Virus record (IMG/VR): IMGVR_UViG_3300025674_000053
Coordinates: 1 to 54,717 of that record
Direction: 5' to 3' (one strand)
From: a virus
Lineage: Duplodnaviria; Caudoviricetes
DNA length: 54,717 nt
The notes beneath the pieces are model-generated. The model was not told the origin of the DNA, did no database searches, and saw only the letters and a list, made by a program, of their open reading frames with translations. This document shows, piece by piece, positions 18,254 through 27,991 of this stretch (positions within the stretch are counted from its first letter, which is position 1; each line of letters begins with the position of its first letter). The position numbers and the translations under genes were made by a program.

Positions 18254-19083
18254 GTGAATCAGTACTAGATTTAAATTATGTAGACAATCCTGATACTTGT
18301 AAGAGATATACAAGTACACGCCCTGACATCTATTTCAATGGAGATAGTTTTACGCAAGGTATGGAATTACAGGATAGATTCAATGGATGTTATACACATC
18401 TTGTAGCAGAACACTTTAATCAAACATGGGGCAGGTCATCAAAGATAGGTGGAGGTAATGACAGAATACTGAGAGTTACTTCATCCGATATGTTGATGAT
18501 GCCCAAGAAACCTAAACTAGCAATAATACTTTGGTCTGGCCCGAACAGACATGAGTACCTAAGTAATCTCAATATTTGGAGACAAGTAGGGCATATTCGT
18601 TTTGCTTTTGACAGGAGGGATTTAGAAATAAAAAGAAGTGATATATACTGCCACCCTGACATGACTCGTGAACAGTACGAAGGTTGGAAGAAATATATGG
18701 CAAACTGTAGAACTATTAAATGGAATCTACACGCAACTCTTATGAGTATGATTTATCTTAGAAGGTTATTCAACAGTGAGGGCATACCTCATTTGTATTA
18801 CTGGATGTCAAAGGGACAAGTAGATTGCGCACTAAAATCTTTAGATGAGATTAAAAAAGAGGGAGCTAATGTCATATGGGAACAGCAATACAATATGACT
18901 AAAAAGGATTTCTTGAGAGAAATACCTGAACTAGAAGATGAAGGTTTCTATGAAATGACAAAGTTTAGATTAAAGAACCAGTATGGCCCAATGGACCATC
19001 CGTTAGAGGAAGGTCATCAAGCAATGGCCGATAGAATTATAAAGGATATATATGATAAAAAATTGGATAAAGTATTTAAGTAA
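18250..19083 (+). CDS. SGNH/GDSL-like hydrolase or acyltransferase (DUF6071-like)
   Basis: FNGDSFTQG (block I), GGGNDRI, C-terminal DHP...GH. Confidence 0.7.
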   Translation: MSESVLDLNYVDNPDTCKRYTSTRPDIYFNGDSFTQGMELQDRFNGCYTHLVAEHFNQTWGRSSKIGGGNDRILRVTSSDMLMMPKKPKLAIILWSGPNRHEYLSNLNIWRQVGHIRFAFDRRDLEIKRSDIYCHPDMTREQYEGWKKYMANCRTIKWNLHATLMSMIYLRRLFNSEGIPHLYYWMSKGQVDCALKSLDEIKKEGANVIWEQQYNMTKKDFLREIPELEDEGFYEMTKFRLKNQYGPMDHPLEEGHQAMADRIIKDIYDKKLDKVFK

Positions 19084-19156
19084 AAAATTGAAAGCATGGA
19101 AGTTTCAATGGGACAATCGAAACGTGGTAGAAGATACCCACATCTACGAGGAGTAG
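19052..19156 (+). CDS. Tiny hypothetical protein (34 aa)
   Basis: AAGGA SD; MIKNWIKYLSKKLKAWKFQWDNRNVVEDTHIYEE. Confidence 0.45.
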   Translation: MIKNWIKYLSKKLKAWKFQWDNRNVVEDTHIYEE

Positions 19157-19202
19157 TAAATTTTGATTGTACAAATTTTCCTGAGCAAATCAAAAATAGT
19201 TC

Positions 19203-19231
19203 TTGACAGATGCTTAAACTTTTTGTATAAT
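19203..19231 (+). promoter_or_regulatory. Sigma70-type promoter
   Basis: AAAAATAGTTC-TTGACA-17-TATAAT. Confidence 0.85.
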
Positions 19232-19258
19232 ATATAATATATTTGAGAGAGAAAAAGA

Positions 19259-20017
19259 ATGACAACAATCACACCACCAACCAACTGTCCTTGTTGTGAC
19301 TCCATACTGGAGTTAGTAAACGAGCAGTTGTTTTGCAGAAACACAAAGTGTCCTGCACAGTGGAGTAAAAAGTTGGAGTCCTTTTCCTCTACTCTTAAAA
19401 TCAAAGGGTTAGGCCCTTCGACTATCTCTAAGTTAGGTGTCGAATCCTTACCCGAGCTTTACGAACTTACTGTATCTGATATACAGGATAAGATTCACAG
19501 TGAAAAATTAGCTGAGAAACTCTATGACGAACTACAAAAGTCTAAGAGTAGCAAGCTGGTAGATATTCTGCCTGCTTTCTCAATACCACTTATTGGTCGG
19601 TCAGCTTCTCAAAAATTATGCGATACGATATCACACATCGAAGATATTAGCGAGAACAGTTGTACTGAGGCAGGTATCGGACCAAAAGCATCAGCTAATC
19701 TGGTAAACTTCATGGAAACAGAATTTTATCCGAACAGATACATAGACACATTACCCTTCAATTGGAATAATAAAATTAGTAAAAAGAAAGAGGTCACTGG
19801 TGTTGTATGTATTAGTGGTAAGTTAAAAAGCTACCCTACAAAGGCTCACGCTACGAAAGTACTAGAGTCATATGGATTTGTAGTAAAATCAAGTCTGACA
19901 AAAGAATGTACTCATCTCATAAATGAGTCAGGTATCGAGTCAGCAAAGACGCAGACAGCTCGTGACCGAGGTGTTTTAATAATAAGTAATATAAAACATT
20001 TAATTGGAGAAAATTAA
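19259..20017 (+). CDS. ligB: NAD-dependent DNA ligase subunit B (Zn finger, HhH, BRCT)
   Basis: PTNCPCC...LFCRNTKC, IKGLGP, IPLIGRS, VCISG BRCT domain. Confidence 0.9.
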   Translation: MTTITPPTNCPCCDSILELVNEQLFCRNTKCPAQWSKKLESFSSTLKIKGLGPSTISKLGVESLPELYELTVSDIQDKIHSEKLAEKLYDELQKSKSSKLVDILPAFSIPLIGRSASQKLCDTISHIEDISENSCTEAGIGPKASANLVNFMETEFYPNRYIDTLPFNWNNKISKKKEVTGVVCISGKLKSYPTKAHATKVLESYGFVVKSSLTKECTHLINESGIESAKTQTARDRGVLIISNIKHLIGEN

Positions 20018-20019
20018 AA

Positions 20020-20736
20020 ATGGCATTACCAAAATGGACAGACGAAAGAACACAATCTTTAGTGGACTTTGTCGGTGGAGAAAGCCCTGTATCACAGGCA
20101 ACTGTTGCTAACGCAGCAGACGAACTAGAAACTTCAGTAAGAAGTGTTAGTTCAAAACTAAGAAAAATGGGTTTTGATGTAGAACTAGCTTCTGCTTCAC
20201 AATCTAAGTCTTTTTCAGATGAGCAAGAAGCAACTCTTAGCACATTCGTACAAGACAATAGCGGTTCTTACACTTATGCAGAAATCGCTTCTAACTTTGA
20301 AGGCGGAGCTTTTTCAGCTAAGTCAATTCAAGGTAAAATCCTTTCTATGCAGTTAACAGAACATGTTAAACCTGCTCCTAAAGTTGAGACTGTTAAGTCT
20401 TACAATGAGGAAGAAGAAGGACAATTTGTATCATTAGTTAATGATGGTGCATTTATTGAGGACATCGCTGAAGCTTTAGGCAGAAGTGTAAACTCAATCA
20501 GAGGAAAAGCTTTATCACTCTTAAGAGCTGGTGAAATCAATGCTATTCCTAAGCAGAAAGAAACCAAAGGTTCAAGCAAAGCTGACCCTTTAGCAGGTGT
20601 CGACATTGACGGCATGACTGTTGAAGAAATTGCTGATGAAATCGGCAAAACAGTAAGAGGCGTGAAAACAATGCTTACTAGAAGAGGCTTACAGTGCTCA
20701 GACTATAACGGTGCTGCTAAAAAAGAAATAGGCTAA
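20020..20736 (+). CDS. D5: T5 D5-like DNA-binding transcription regulator
   Basis: Repeated HTH units (SVRSVSSKLRKMG, SVNSIRGKALSL, TVRGVKTMLTRRG); follows ligB as in T5. Confidence 0.8.
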   Translation: MALPKWTDERTQSLVDFVGGESPVSQATVANAADELETSVRSVSSKLRKMGFDVELASASQSKSFSDEQEATLSTFVQDNSGSYTYAEIASNFEGGAFSAKSIQGKILSMQLTEHVKPAPKVETVKSYNEEEEGQFVSLVNDGAFIEDIAEALGRSVNSIRGKALSLLRAGEINAIPKQKETKGSSKADPLAGVDIDGMTVEEIADEIGKTVRGVKTMLTRRGLQCSDYNGAAKKEIG

Positions 20737-20752
20737 TACCTATTCATCTCAT

Positions 20753-20787
20753 GGCGAGCTTTCCTTCGGGATTGCCTCGCCTTTTTT
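20753..20787 (+). terminator. Rho-independent terminator
   Basis: GGCGAG...cTTCGg...CTCGCC followed by T6. Confidence 0.8.
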
Positions 20788-20817
20788 ATAACTTAATAAT
20801 TGTTTTGGGAGATTCAA

Positions 20818-22179
20818 TTGACATTAGAAAGTGCATTACTTAAGCAAATACTTGCGAATGGTGATTTTAATACTTGGAACGGGTTAAAAGAACACTATTT
20901 CCCTGAAGGTGAGTACCGAAAACTGTGGAAAATAGTAGACAAGCACGTACACAAGTATCATGACTTGCCAACATTTGAAGATTTAAAACTAGAAGTTCGT
21001 TCAAGAGAACTTCAAGAAAAGATTTATGCTATTGAGACAGTAGAGACAGATGTTGCTCCAGAATTATTATTAGATTATTTAAAAAATCAATTTACACAAA
21101 GTGAGATTCTTACAAGAATTGAATCTTTTGTAGACAATCAAATAGCTATCGGCGATGCTCGTGAGAACATTGACTTACTACAAGAAATTGTAGTGCAAGT
21201 AGAAGATAGGGTAGAAACCAATGACGAAAACGAAAGTATGGAAACTATCGAGCTGTTTGACAGTGAGGAAGATTACGCTAAGTATCTACCTCTAGGTCTT
21301 AATCATGAGTATGATTTTGACTATAAATTCTCTCCCAAAGACCTGGTCGTTGTTGGCGGAAGTCGTGGTGGAGGTAAATCATTTACGTGTTGTAACGTTG
21401 CCGTATCGGCTACCGAAAAAGGTAAGTCGGCACTATACTTTACAATCGAAATGGAACCAAGACAGATTCTTCAAAGAGTCTGTGCTATGGCATGTAATAT
21501 TCCTATCAAGCGAATCAATACTAAAAATCTATCTCCTATGGAGTGGCATAAAGTAGCTGATTGGTGGGCAGGAAGATTTGAGAAAGGAGAAGAAGCTAGG
21601 GAAGCGTTCAATGAACACGAAGATTTTGATAAGTTCCATTATCAATTGACTCGTAATCCCTTACGTACAGATGTTCCTCAAGTAGACATCTACTACGACC
21701 CAAGTCTTACACTCGCTAAAATTATTAGTGTAGTAAGACAAAAGGTTGCATCTACTCCAGACCTTGGCATAGTTATTGTGGATTACCTAAACCAAGTCAG
21801 ACGCCACAACGCTCCCAGTCGTGGTGGTCAGTACGAATGGACTGAACAGATAGAGATATCCAAAGGGCTAAAAGCACTAGCCCAAGAGAACAATGTCCTT
21901 GTTCTCTCAGCATTTCAAACAAACGAAAAAGGAGAAGCAAGATTCGCCAAGGGTATTCTTGACGCAGTTGATGCTGCCTACAGTATTCAGCATTGGGGCG
22001 ACACAGAACCTGCAATCAAGTTGAAATGTGATAAGATGAGAAATGGAAAAGTAGAAGGCTTCGTATCCACAATGAATTGGGACAGCCTACGTATCGGTCC
22101 TCAAACTGAGATAGACCCAGACGAGAAAGCTGAAATGAAAGAAGCTTTATCTACAGGAGAAAGTGCTTATGATTTATAA
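20818..22179 (+). CDS. D6: DnaB-like replicative helicase (T5 D6-like)
   Basis: Walker A GSRGGGKS, FTIEM, IVDYLN, Q motif. TTG start after GGGAG. Confidence 0.88.
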   Translation: MTLESALLKQILANGDFNTWNGLKEHYFPEGEYRKLWKIVDKHVHKYHDLPTFEDLKLEVRSRELQEKIYAIETVETDVAPELLLDYLKNQFTQSEILTRIESFVDNQIAIGDARENIDLLQEIVVQVEDRVETNDENESMETIELFDSEEDYAKYLPLGLNHEYDFDYKFSPKDLVVVGGSRGGGKSFTCCNVAVSATEKGKSALYFTIEMEPRQILQRVCAMACNIPIKRINTKNLSPMEWHKVADWWAGRFEKGEEAREAFNEHEDFDKFHYQLTRNPLRTDVPQVDIYYDPSLTLAKIISVVRQKVASTPDLGIVIVDYLNQVRRHNAPSRGGQYEWTEQIEISKGLKALAQENNVLVLSAFQTNEKGEARFAKGILDAVDAAYSIQHWGDTEPAIKLKCDKMRNGKVEGFVSTMNWDSLRIGPQTEIDPDEKAEMKEALSTGESAYDL

Positions 22180-22843
22180 CCCTTTACAACAAAGAATATG
22201 TATTGGAGTAATTGATACTAGAGATTTATTTAGAACAATTCCATGCCCCAGTATGAACAATGTAAAAGGGTGGTGGCAGCGACAGCAGAATAGACAAGAC
22301 ATAAGACTGTATGCTTTCATCAAAGATGTATTACAGAATGGATTTGTAGACCCACTTATTGTGTGGTACAATGATGGTAAACAAGAGTTCTCATTACATC
22401 CTGGAATGAATAGAGTAATGCTAAACAAAGTCTTAAAATTACCTATGCAAGCATGGGTAATCAGTGCAGATATAAAAGACTACAGAAGATTAGGAAAAGT
22501 ATTTCCAGGCATTACAAAATTGAAACTAGACCCCAGCGGGAATAGAGATATAAAAATGACTGCACAACATAGAAAAGATAATAGATTATATGAAATTGTA
22601 TTTGACAATGACAAGATACTTCCAACTATGAGAACTGCTAAAAATGATGCAGAGTGGGCAGAAGTCCACAGCCGAACAGGTTTTTATGTGTGGTGTGGAG
22701 GAGAACAAATTTGCAAGATAGGTACTCCAACACAAAACGACCACTGGAACGTAAAAGATGTATCAGGTATCTACGAACTTGCACTCAAATACTTTTTTAA
22801 CTACGAGGTAAAAAATGCTTTTATACACAGAAGAACAACTTAA
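22169..22843 (+). CDS. ParB/Srx-like domain protein
   Basis: VLQNGFVDPLIV...HPGMNR resembles the ParB-N core. Confidence 0.5.
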   Translation: MIYNPLQQRICIGVIDTRDLFRTIPCPSMNNVKGWWQRQQNRQDIRLYAFIKDVLQNGFVDPLIVWYNDGKQEFSLHPGMNRVMLNKVLKLPMQAWVISADIKDYRRLGKVFPGITKLKLDPSGNRDIKMTAQHRKDNRLYEIVFDNDKILPTMRTAKNDAEWAEVHSRTGFYVWCGGEQICKIGTPTQNDHWNVKDVSGIYELALKYFFNYEVKNAFIHRRTT

Positions 22844-22988
22844 AGTAGCGTACACAACATATTTACGCAAACTTATTTTTGCAAATAAACAGGGCATAGA
22901 AGTGCCTTTTCCAACACTAGAACAGTTTAGAGAAATCTATGAAGATGAATGGAATCAAAGATACAGGGAAATGAATGAAGGACTATAA
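22815..22988 (+). CDS. Small hypothetical protein (57 aa)
   Basis: GAGGT SD; MLLYTEEQLKVAY...PTLEQFREIYE. Confidence 0.6.
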   Translation: MLLYTEEQLKVAYTTYLRKLIFANKQGIEVPFPTLEQFREIYEDEWNQRYREMNEGL

Positions 22989-23346
22989 AAAACACGAACT
23001 ATTAGTAGAAAAACTATGTAGAGATGCAGGGCATGAAGTAGATACTCAAGTTCCTTATTGGAGTGACTACAAAGGAAAAGACAGTTTTATGGATATAGTT
23101 CTATATAATAACTTAGCAATTGAATGTAAGTTTCAAAAAGGCACAGGTACAGCAGATGAAAAGTTTCCTTATGTAATGCAAGAATGTTTTAAAAACTGGG
23201 GCGGAGGAATAATAGTTGTAGATGGTAGTTGGTGGGACGAAGACCAAGGATTAAATATAGTAACATACTGTAAGACAATTGCACATAAGTGGAACTCCGA
23301 AGTACTATACTTAGAAGAATTTAAGGAGAGAGTACATGGCTTATGA
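22975..23346 (+). CDS. PD-(D/E)XK nuclease superfamily protein
   Basis: MDIV...AIECKFQ..TGTADEKFPY. Confidence 0.7.
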   Translation: MKDYKKHELLVEKLCRDAGHEVDTQVPYWSDYKGKDSFMDIVLYNNLAIECKFQKGTGTADEKFPYVMQECFKNWGGGIIVVDGSWWDEDQGLNIVTYCKTIAHKWNSEVLYLEEFKERVHGL

Positions 23347-23824
23347 TAGAGTAAGTAGAGAAACTGCGGAACTAGTACCATTACCTCCACATACTTGGTA
23401 TGTGAGAACAGTTGGATGGTTACTAGAACAAGACAAAGTAAAAGAAAATATACAAAACGTTCCGCTAAATGAAAAGTTAAGGGAAAGTTTGGCAAAAGAC
23501 GGAGTAAAATCTCCCATACTCTGCATGCCAAACTGGTACCCCATAGCAGGGAGTCAGAGGATGAGATGTCTTCAGGAACTCCCTGCCCTACATGGGCAAG
23601 AGATAAGAGTCTGCCGATTCGATAAAGAATGGTGGTTAGTATTCTATCTATGGGGTCAAACACAAGAAAGAGACAGAATGGTAGCAATCTATTTCCAAAT
23701 GCTAGAATTAGTATGGAAGTCAATGTACTATGAGGAGAATGGTGCAGACTCTATGGGAACAGACTACAAAGAATTTGAGAAGATAGGAGACGAGCTAGAT
23801 GGCTGGAAACACAAACAAACCTGA
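23336..23824 (+). CDS. ParB/Srx-like domain protein
   Basis: SLAKDGVKSPIL...IAGSQR. Confidence 0.5.
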   Translation: MAYDRVSRETAELVPLPPHTWYVRTVGWLLEQDKVKENIQNVPLNEKLRESLAKDGVKSPILCMPNWYPIAGSQRMRCLQELPALHGQEIRVCRFDKEWWLVFYLWGQTQERDRMVAIYFQMLELVWKSMYYEENGADSMGTDYKEFEKIGDELDGWKHKQT

Positions 23825-24392
23825 GAACTATTTACCTGAAGGCATACCCGAGTTTGGAAGTATGCGTTTTAACCCACCTTCTAATTGGGTGGAGTGGAAA
23901 ACAAAAAGAAATACTGAGTGGTTTGGACTTGTAGCGTTGGCACATTCTTTAGAGATTGACAATGGCTACATGATAGAGATAGGAACATATGCAGGGGAAT
24001 CTACTGCAATATTCGCATCTAGTGGTAAATTTAAAAAGATTCATACGATTGACCCTTACTTTTATGGATGCGCGCACGAAGTATACATGGAAGCAAAGGT
24101 TAACTGCAGATACTGGGACTACATAGAGTTTCATAGAGATTACTCTCAGAACTGTTCAAACAAGTTTACAGATGGAGTATTTGACTTTGTTTATGTAGAT
24201 GGCGACCATCAAGGACACGCAGTAGCAAAAGACTTAGATTTATACTGGCCGAAAGTAAAACCAGGTGGGTACATGGGAGGGCATGACTATAACAAACAGT
24301 ACTGGCCTGAAGTATATAAAGCTGTAAACAATAAGTTTGGAAACAAAATAATGCAAGTATTTGACGATAAATCATGGGTAGTTCGAAAATAG
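23799..24392 (+). CDS. Class I SAM-dependent methyltransferase (Methyltransf_24-like)
   Basis: IEIGTYAGES, IDP, DFVYVDGDH, KPGGYMGGHDY. Confidence 0.85.
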   Translation: MAGNTNKPENYLPEGIPEFGSMRFNPPSNWVEWKTKRNTEWFGLVALAHSLEIDNGYMIEIGTYAGESTAIFASSGKFKKIHTIDPYFYGCAHEVYMEAKVNCRYWDYIEFHRDYSQNCSNKFTDGVFDFVYVDGDHQGHAVAKDLDLYWPKVKPGGYMGGHDYNKQYWPEVYKAVNNKFGNKIMQVFDDKSWVVRK

Positions 24393-24395
24393 TTC

Positions 24396-24424
24396 TTGAC
24401 AAGAACTTAAAATTCGTGTATAAT
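24396..24424 (+). promoter_or_regulatory. Sigma70-type promoter
   Basis: AAAATAGTTC-TTGACA-17-TATAAT; primase ATG 10 nt downstream with no SD. Confidence 0.85.
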
Positions 24425-24434
24425 ATATGTAATT

Positions 24435-25274
24435 ATGATAGCAGAAGACTTATTAAGAGAGAAGAAAATACAGTATACCCTAAGTGGTAGGGATGCTCTT
24501 ATACATTGTCTAAACCCTGAACATGATGATAACTCTCCTTCAATGAGAGTAGATAAAGTTACAGGAATATTTCACTGTTTCTCATGCGGTTACAAGGGTA
24601 ATCTGTTTACATATTTTGGTGCACCTGCTTCTCCACTAGAAGTTCGTATGCACAGAATTAAAGAATCAATCAACAAAGTCAGGTCAGCAACTGTCGGTAT
24701 CCAACTCCCAAAGGATAGACTATCGTGGAAAGGTGGTGGAATCAGAAATATATCTGAAGAAACTCTTGCTAAATGGGATGCGTTCACATGGAACGTTCCT
24801 AAGTTTGAGAATCGCATCATCTTTCCGATACGAGATATCACAGGCAAGACGGTGGCTTTAATAGGTAGAAGTCTGGACGACTTCAGTAATCAAAAGTATT
24901 ATATCTACCCACAAGGTGTAGAGATGCCTTTTTGTCCAGCAAAAGTAAAACCTATACAAAACAGAGTTATATTGGTAGAGGGCATCTTTGATGCTCTTAA
25001 CCTTTGGGACAAAGGTCTCAAGAATACTGTGTGTACATTTGGCACACAACAAGTCAATTGGGTCAAACTAAGTCTACTGAAACTCCAAGGTATCACAGGA
25101 GTTGACATTATGTTTGACGGAGATGATGCAGGAATACAAGCGGCTGAGAAAGCCAAAGACCTTGCTGACAAGTTAGAAATGTCCGCAAGAGTAGTAAAAT
25201 TACGAGATAATATAGACCCTGGCAATCTAACAACGCCAGAGATAGAAAGATTAAAGGAAAAATTATATGGCTAA
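24435..25274 (+). CDS. DNA primase
   Basis: CHC2 zinc finger (CLNPEH...HCFSC) and TOPRIM (VEGIFD, FDGDDAG). Confidence 0.93.
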   Translation: MIAEDLLREKKIQYTLSGRDALIHCLNPEHDDNSPSMRVDKVTGIFHCFSCGYKGNLFTYFGAPASPLEVRMHRIKESINKVRSATVGIQLPKDRLSWKGGGIRNISEETLAKWDAFTWNVPKFENRIIFPIRDITGKTVALIGRSLDDFSNQKYYIYPQGVEMPFCPAKVKPIQNRVILVEGIFDALNLWDKGLKNTVCTFGTQQVNWVKLSLLKLQGITGVDIMFDGDDAGIQAAEKAKDLADKLEMSARVVKLRDNIDPGNLTTPEIERLKEKLYG

Positions 25275-27525
25275 TGTAGCACTAATAGAAACAACAATGT
25301 CCAGCACGAACTGGGATAAATACTTTGACTTTGAATATGATAGGTTTGCCCTATGTTCAGATAGTTCAAAGAAGAAAATTTTGAAAAGAGATGTTGATAT
25401 CGAAATCGATATCGATGCGTACGAATGGCTCATTGTTGTAGGTTCAGAGCCTTTCAAAATGTATACTAGAAAAACATCTATAACTGAGTACAATGGAAAA
25501 GTTTGCGATGATAAATTTTTAGCAATAATCAATCCTGCTATGATAAAGTTCAGACCAGAAGCAAAGAAGACATTCGAGGAAGCGGTCGAGAGTATAACGG
25601 GATATGTGAGTGGAAAACTCAAACAAATGACCATACCAAAAGACAGATGTTATGGCATACAAGACACAGACGAATTAAATGCGTGGTTACAGAAAGCATT
25701 AGACCACGAAGGCGACTTCATAGCGCTTGACTCCGAGACATCAGCATTGTACTGCCGTGATGGCTACATGCTAGGTTTCTCGATGTCCTATGAATTTGAG
25801 CATGGTATCTATGCCGATTGTGAGTGCATGGATGAAGAATCTGAGAGACTCATGCAAGAGATATTCAATAAGAAACGAGTTGTATTTCATAACGCTAAGT
25901 TTGATTTACAATGGTTTGAGTATCACTTCAACTTTGAGTTTCCTCATTTTGAAGATACTATGCTTATGCATTATATGTTTGACGAGAGACCAGGAACACA
26001 TGGTCTTAAGACACTAGCAATCAAGCATACTCCATATGGAGATTACGAAGCAGAACTTTCTAACTGGATTGCTGACTTCAAGAAAAGAACAGGTATACTC
26101 AAAGATTCTTTTGATTATAGTATGGTTCCATTTGAAGTTATGCGAAACTACGCAGCAATGGATGCTATCGTAACGTTTATGTTATTTGAGAAGTTTGAGA
26201 AAGCTCTCAAAACAAATGATAAACTCTATGGAGTATACAGAAGAATCCTAATAGAAGGATGTAGATTTCTAAAATGTATCGAGAGCAATGGCGTTCCCTT
26301 CGACAAAGTTCGTTTAGAATTTGGTCAGAAGCGTATGGGCGAAGATATTGATGCAGCAGTAAAAGCTCTATATGAGTTTCCTGAAGTCAAACAGTTTATC
26401 GCAGACAAGGGTGCATTTAACCCTAACTCAACTCTGCAACTAAGAGCTTTACTCTTTGACTATATCGGACTGAAGTCTGACAAGAAAACCGCAACGGGTG
26501 CACTCAGTACAGATGCTGAAGTACTTGGTAATCTTGCAGAAGAACATGATGTGCCTAAACACATTCTAGAAGTTCGTCAAAAGGTTAAAATCAAGACTAC
26601 ATATCTTGATAAAATTATTCCTAACCTAGACATGGATGGAAGACTTAGAACAAACTTCAATCTACATGGCACAACCAGTGGTAGATTGAGTAGTAGTGGT
26701 AAACTTAATATGCAACAGCTCCCTAGAGATAATCCCACAGTAAAAGGCTGTATCAAAGCCAAAGCAGGACACAAGATTGTGGCAATGGACTTGACAACAG
26801 CAGAAGTATACTGTGCGGCTGTACTAGCAGATGATAAAGGTTTGATGGAAGTATTTAGAAGCGGTGGTAACTTTCATAGTACGATTGCTAAACAAGTATT
26901 CAGATTACCTTGCGATGTTGATGATGTCGCAGAAATGTACGGTGCACAAAGACAACAAGCTAAAGCTGTTACCTTTGGTATCATGTATGGAGCTGGGCCG
27001 AAGAAGATAAGTGAACAAGTAACAAAGGATAGTGGAGAATACTTCAGTATGCAAGATGCAGCAAATACTATTAAAGATTATTTTGAGGCGTTCCCTAAAC
27101 TTCGTGAGTGGCTAGACAACCAAAAGAAATTTATTCAAGCGAATGGATTTGTTTATAGTAGGTTTGGCAGAAAGAGAAGATTACCTGATGTCCATTCACA
27201 GGACAAAGGAATCGCTTCTCATGAAGTGCGTAGTGGAATTAACTTCTTAGTACAATCTGTAGCATCTGATATCAACCTTATGGGCGGTATCGATATGCAG
27301 AGGTATATAGAAAAGACAGGAATGAAATCTAAGATATTTGCACTTGTTCACGATTCGGTTTTAGCAGAAGTGCCTGAAGATGAGATAGAACACTACTCAG
27401 AAAAATTACAAGAGTTTATACAAAAAGATAGAGGACTATCAATACCTGGAGCTCCAGTTGGGTGTGACTTTGATGTTGCTGATGATTATTCACTAGGCAA
27501 GTTTGAAAAGTTATATGCAAGTTAA
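25267..27525 (+). CDS. Family A DNA polymerase with 3'-5' exonuclease
   Basis: DSET, HNAKFD, YAAMD exonuclease motifs; TTSGRLSS, RQQAKAVTFGIMYG (motif B), VHDS (motif C). Confidence 0.96.
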   Translation: MANVALIETTMSSTNWDKYFDFEYDRFALCSDSSKKKILKRDVDIEIDIDAYEWLIVVGSEPFKMYTRKTSITEYNGKVCDDKFLAIINPAMIKFRPEAKKTFEEAVESITGYVSGKLKQMTIPKDRCYGIQDTDELNAWLQKALDHEGDFIALDSETSALYCRDGYMLGFSMSYEFEHGIYADCECMDEESERLMQEIFNKKRVVFHNAKFDLQWFEYHFNFEFPHFEDTMLMHYMFDERPGTHGLKTLAIKHTPYGDYEAELSNWIADFKKRTGILKDSFDYSMVPFEVMRNYAAMDAIVTFMLFEKFEKALKTNDKLYGVYRRILIEGCRFLKCIESNGVPFDKVRLEFGQKRMGEDIDAAVKALYEFPEVKQFIADKGAFNPNSTLQLRALLFDYIGLKSDKKTATGALSTDAEVLGNLAEEHDVPKHILEVRQKVKIKTTYLDKIIPNLDMDGRLRTNFNLHGTTSGRLSSSGKLNMQQLPRDNPTVKGCIKAKAGHKIVAMDLTTAEVYCAAVLADDKGLMEVFRSGGNFHSTIAKQVFRLPCDVDDVAEMYGAQRQQAKAVTFGIMYGAGPKKISEQVTKDSGEYFSMQDAANTIKDYFEAFPKLREWLDNQKKFIQANGFVYSRFGRKRRLPDVHSQDKGIASHEVRSGINFLVQSVASDINLMGGIDMQRYIEKTGMKSKIFALVHDSVLAEVPEDEIEHYSEKLQEFIQKDRGLSIPGAPVGCDFDVADDYSLGKFEKLYAS

Positions 27526-27991
27526 TTTTGAACCAGACTGGGATTATATGCTCGAGAAGTCTTGTGACTTCTATGCAAGAACACCTTATATAGATTTAAA
27601 TACAGGGTATACTTATGCCGATTATATGGACAGTAATATAGAAAAGTTTTTGGGAATCAATCCAGCAGAAGTATCAGTAGTTGAATCAAAAGGAAAACAA
27701 ATTAAATTAACCAATCCACATCAAATGGGTTTAGGAAGTCTCATAGTAGCTAGATTTGAATGGCGATGGGAACACAGAGGACCAAGGCATTTTCCAAAAG
27801 GTGCAAAAAGTTGTGTAGAATGGAACTTAAGAGAACAAAAAGCATACATAACAAATCTGTCTAACAATGTAAAACCAATATCTGTTGTACAACCCGAACA
27901 AGTATGGTTTTGTGCATATGGCACTAAATCTTATGAGGAAATAGTAGATTTTTGGAGAAAAACTTGGAAAGTGAGAACAATAAATGATTAG
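27515..27991 (+). CDS. Hypothetical protein
   Basis: Overlap-coupled ORF. Confidence 0.55.
   Translation: MQVNFEPDWDYMLEKSCDFYARTPYIDLNTGYTYADYMDSNIEKFLGINPAEVSVVESKGKQIKLTNPHQMGLGSLIVARFEWRWEHRGPRHFPKGAKSCVEWNLREQKAYITNLSNNVKPISVVQPEQVWFCAYGTKSYEEIVDFWRKTWKVRTIND

Noticed and set aside
15720-19259. Intron or intein splitting the ligase
   Set aside because: Split ligase is normal for T5-like phages, each half has its own promoter and start, and the interval holds ordinary genes.
22975-24392. Restriction-modification system
   Set aside because: The methyltransferase lacks DNA MTase catalytic motifs (DPPY/NPPY/PC).
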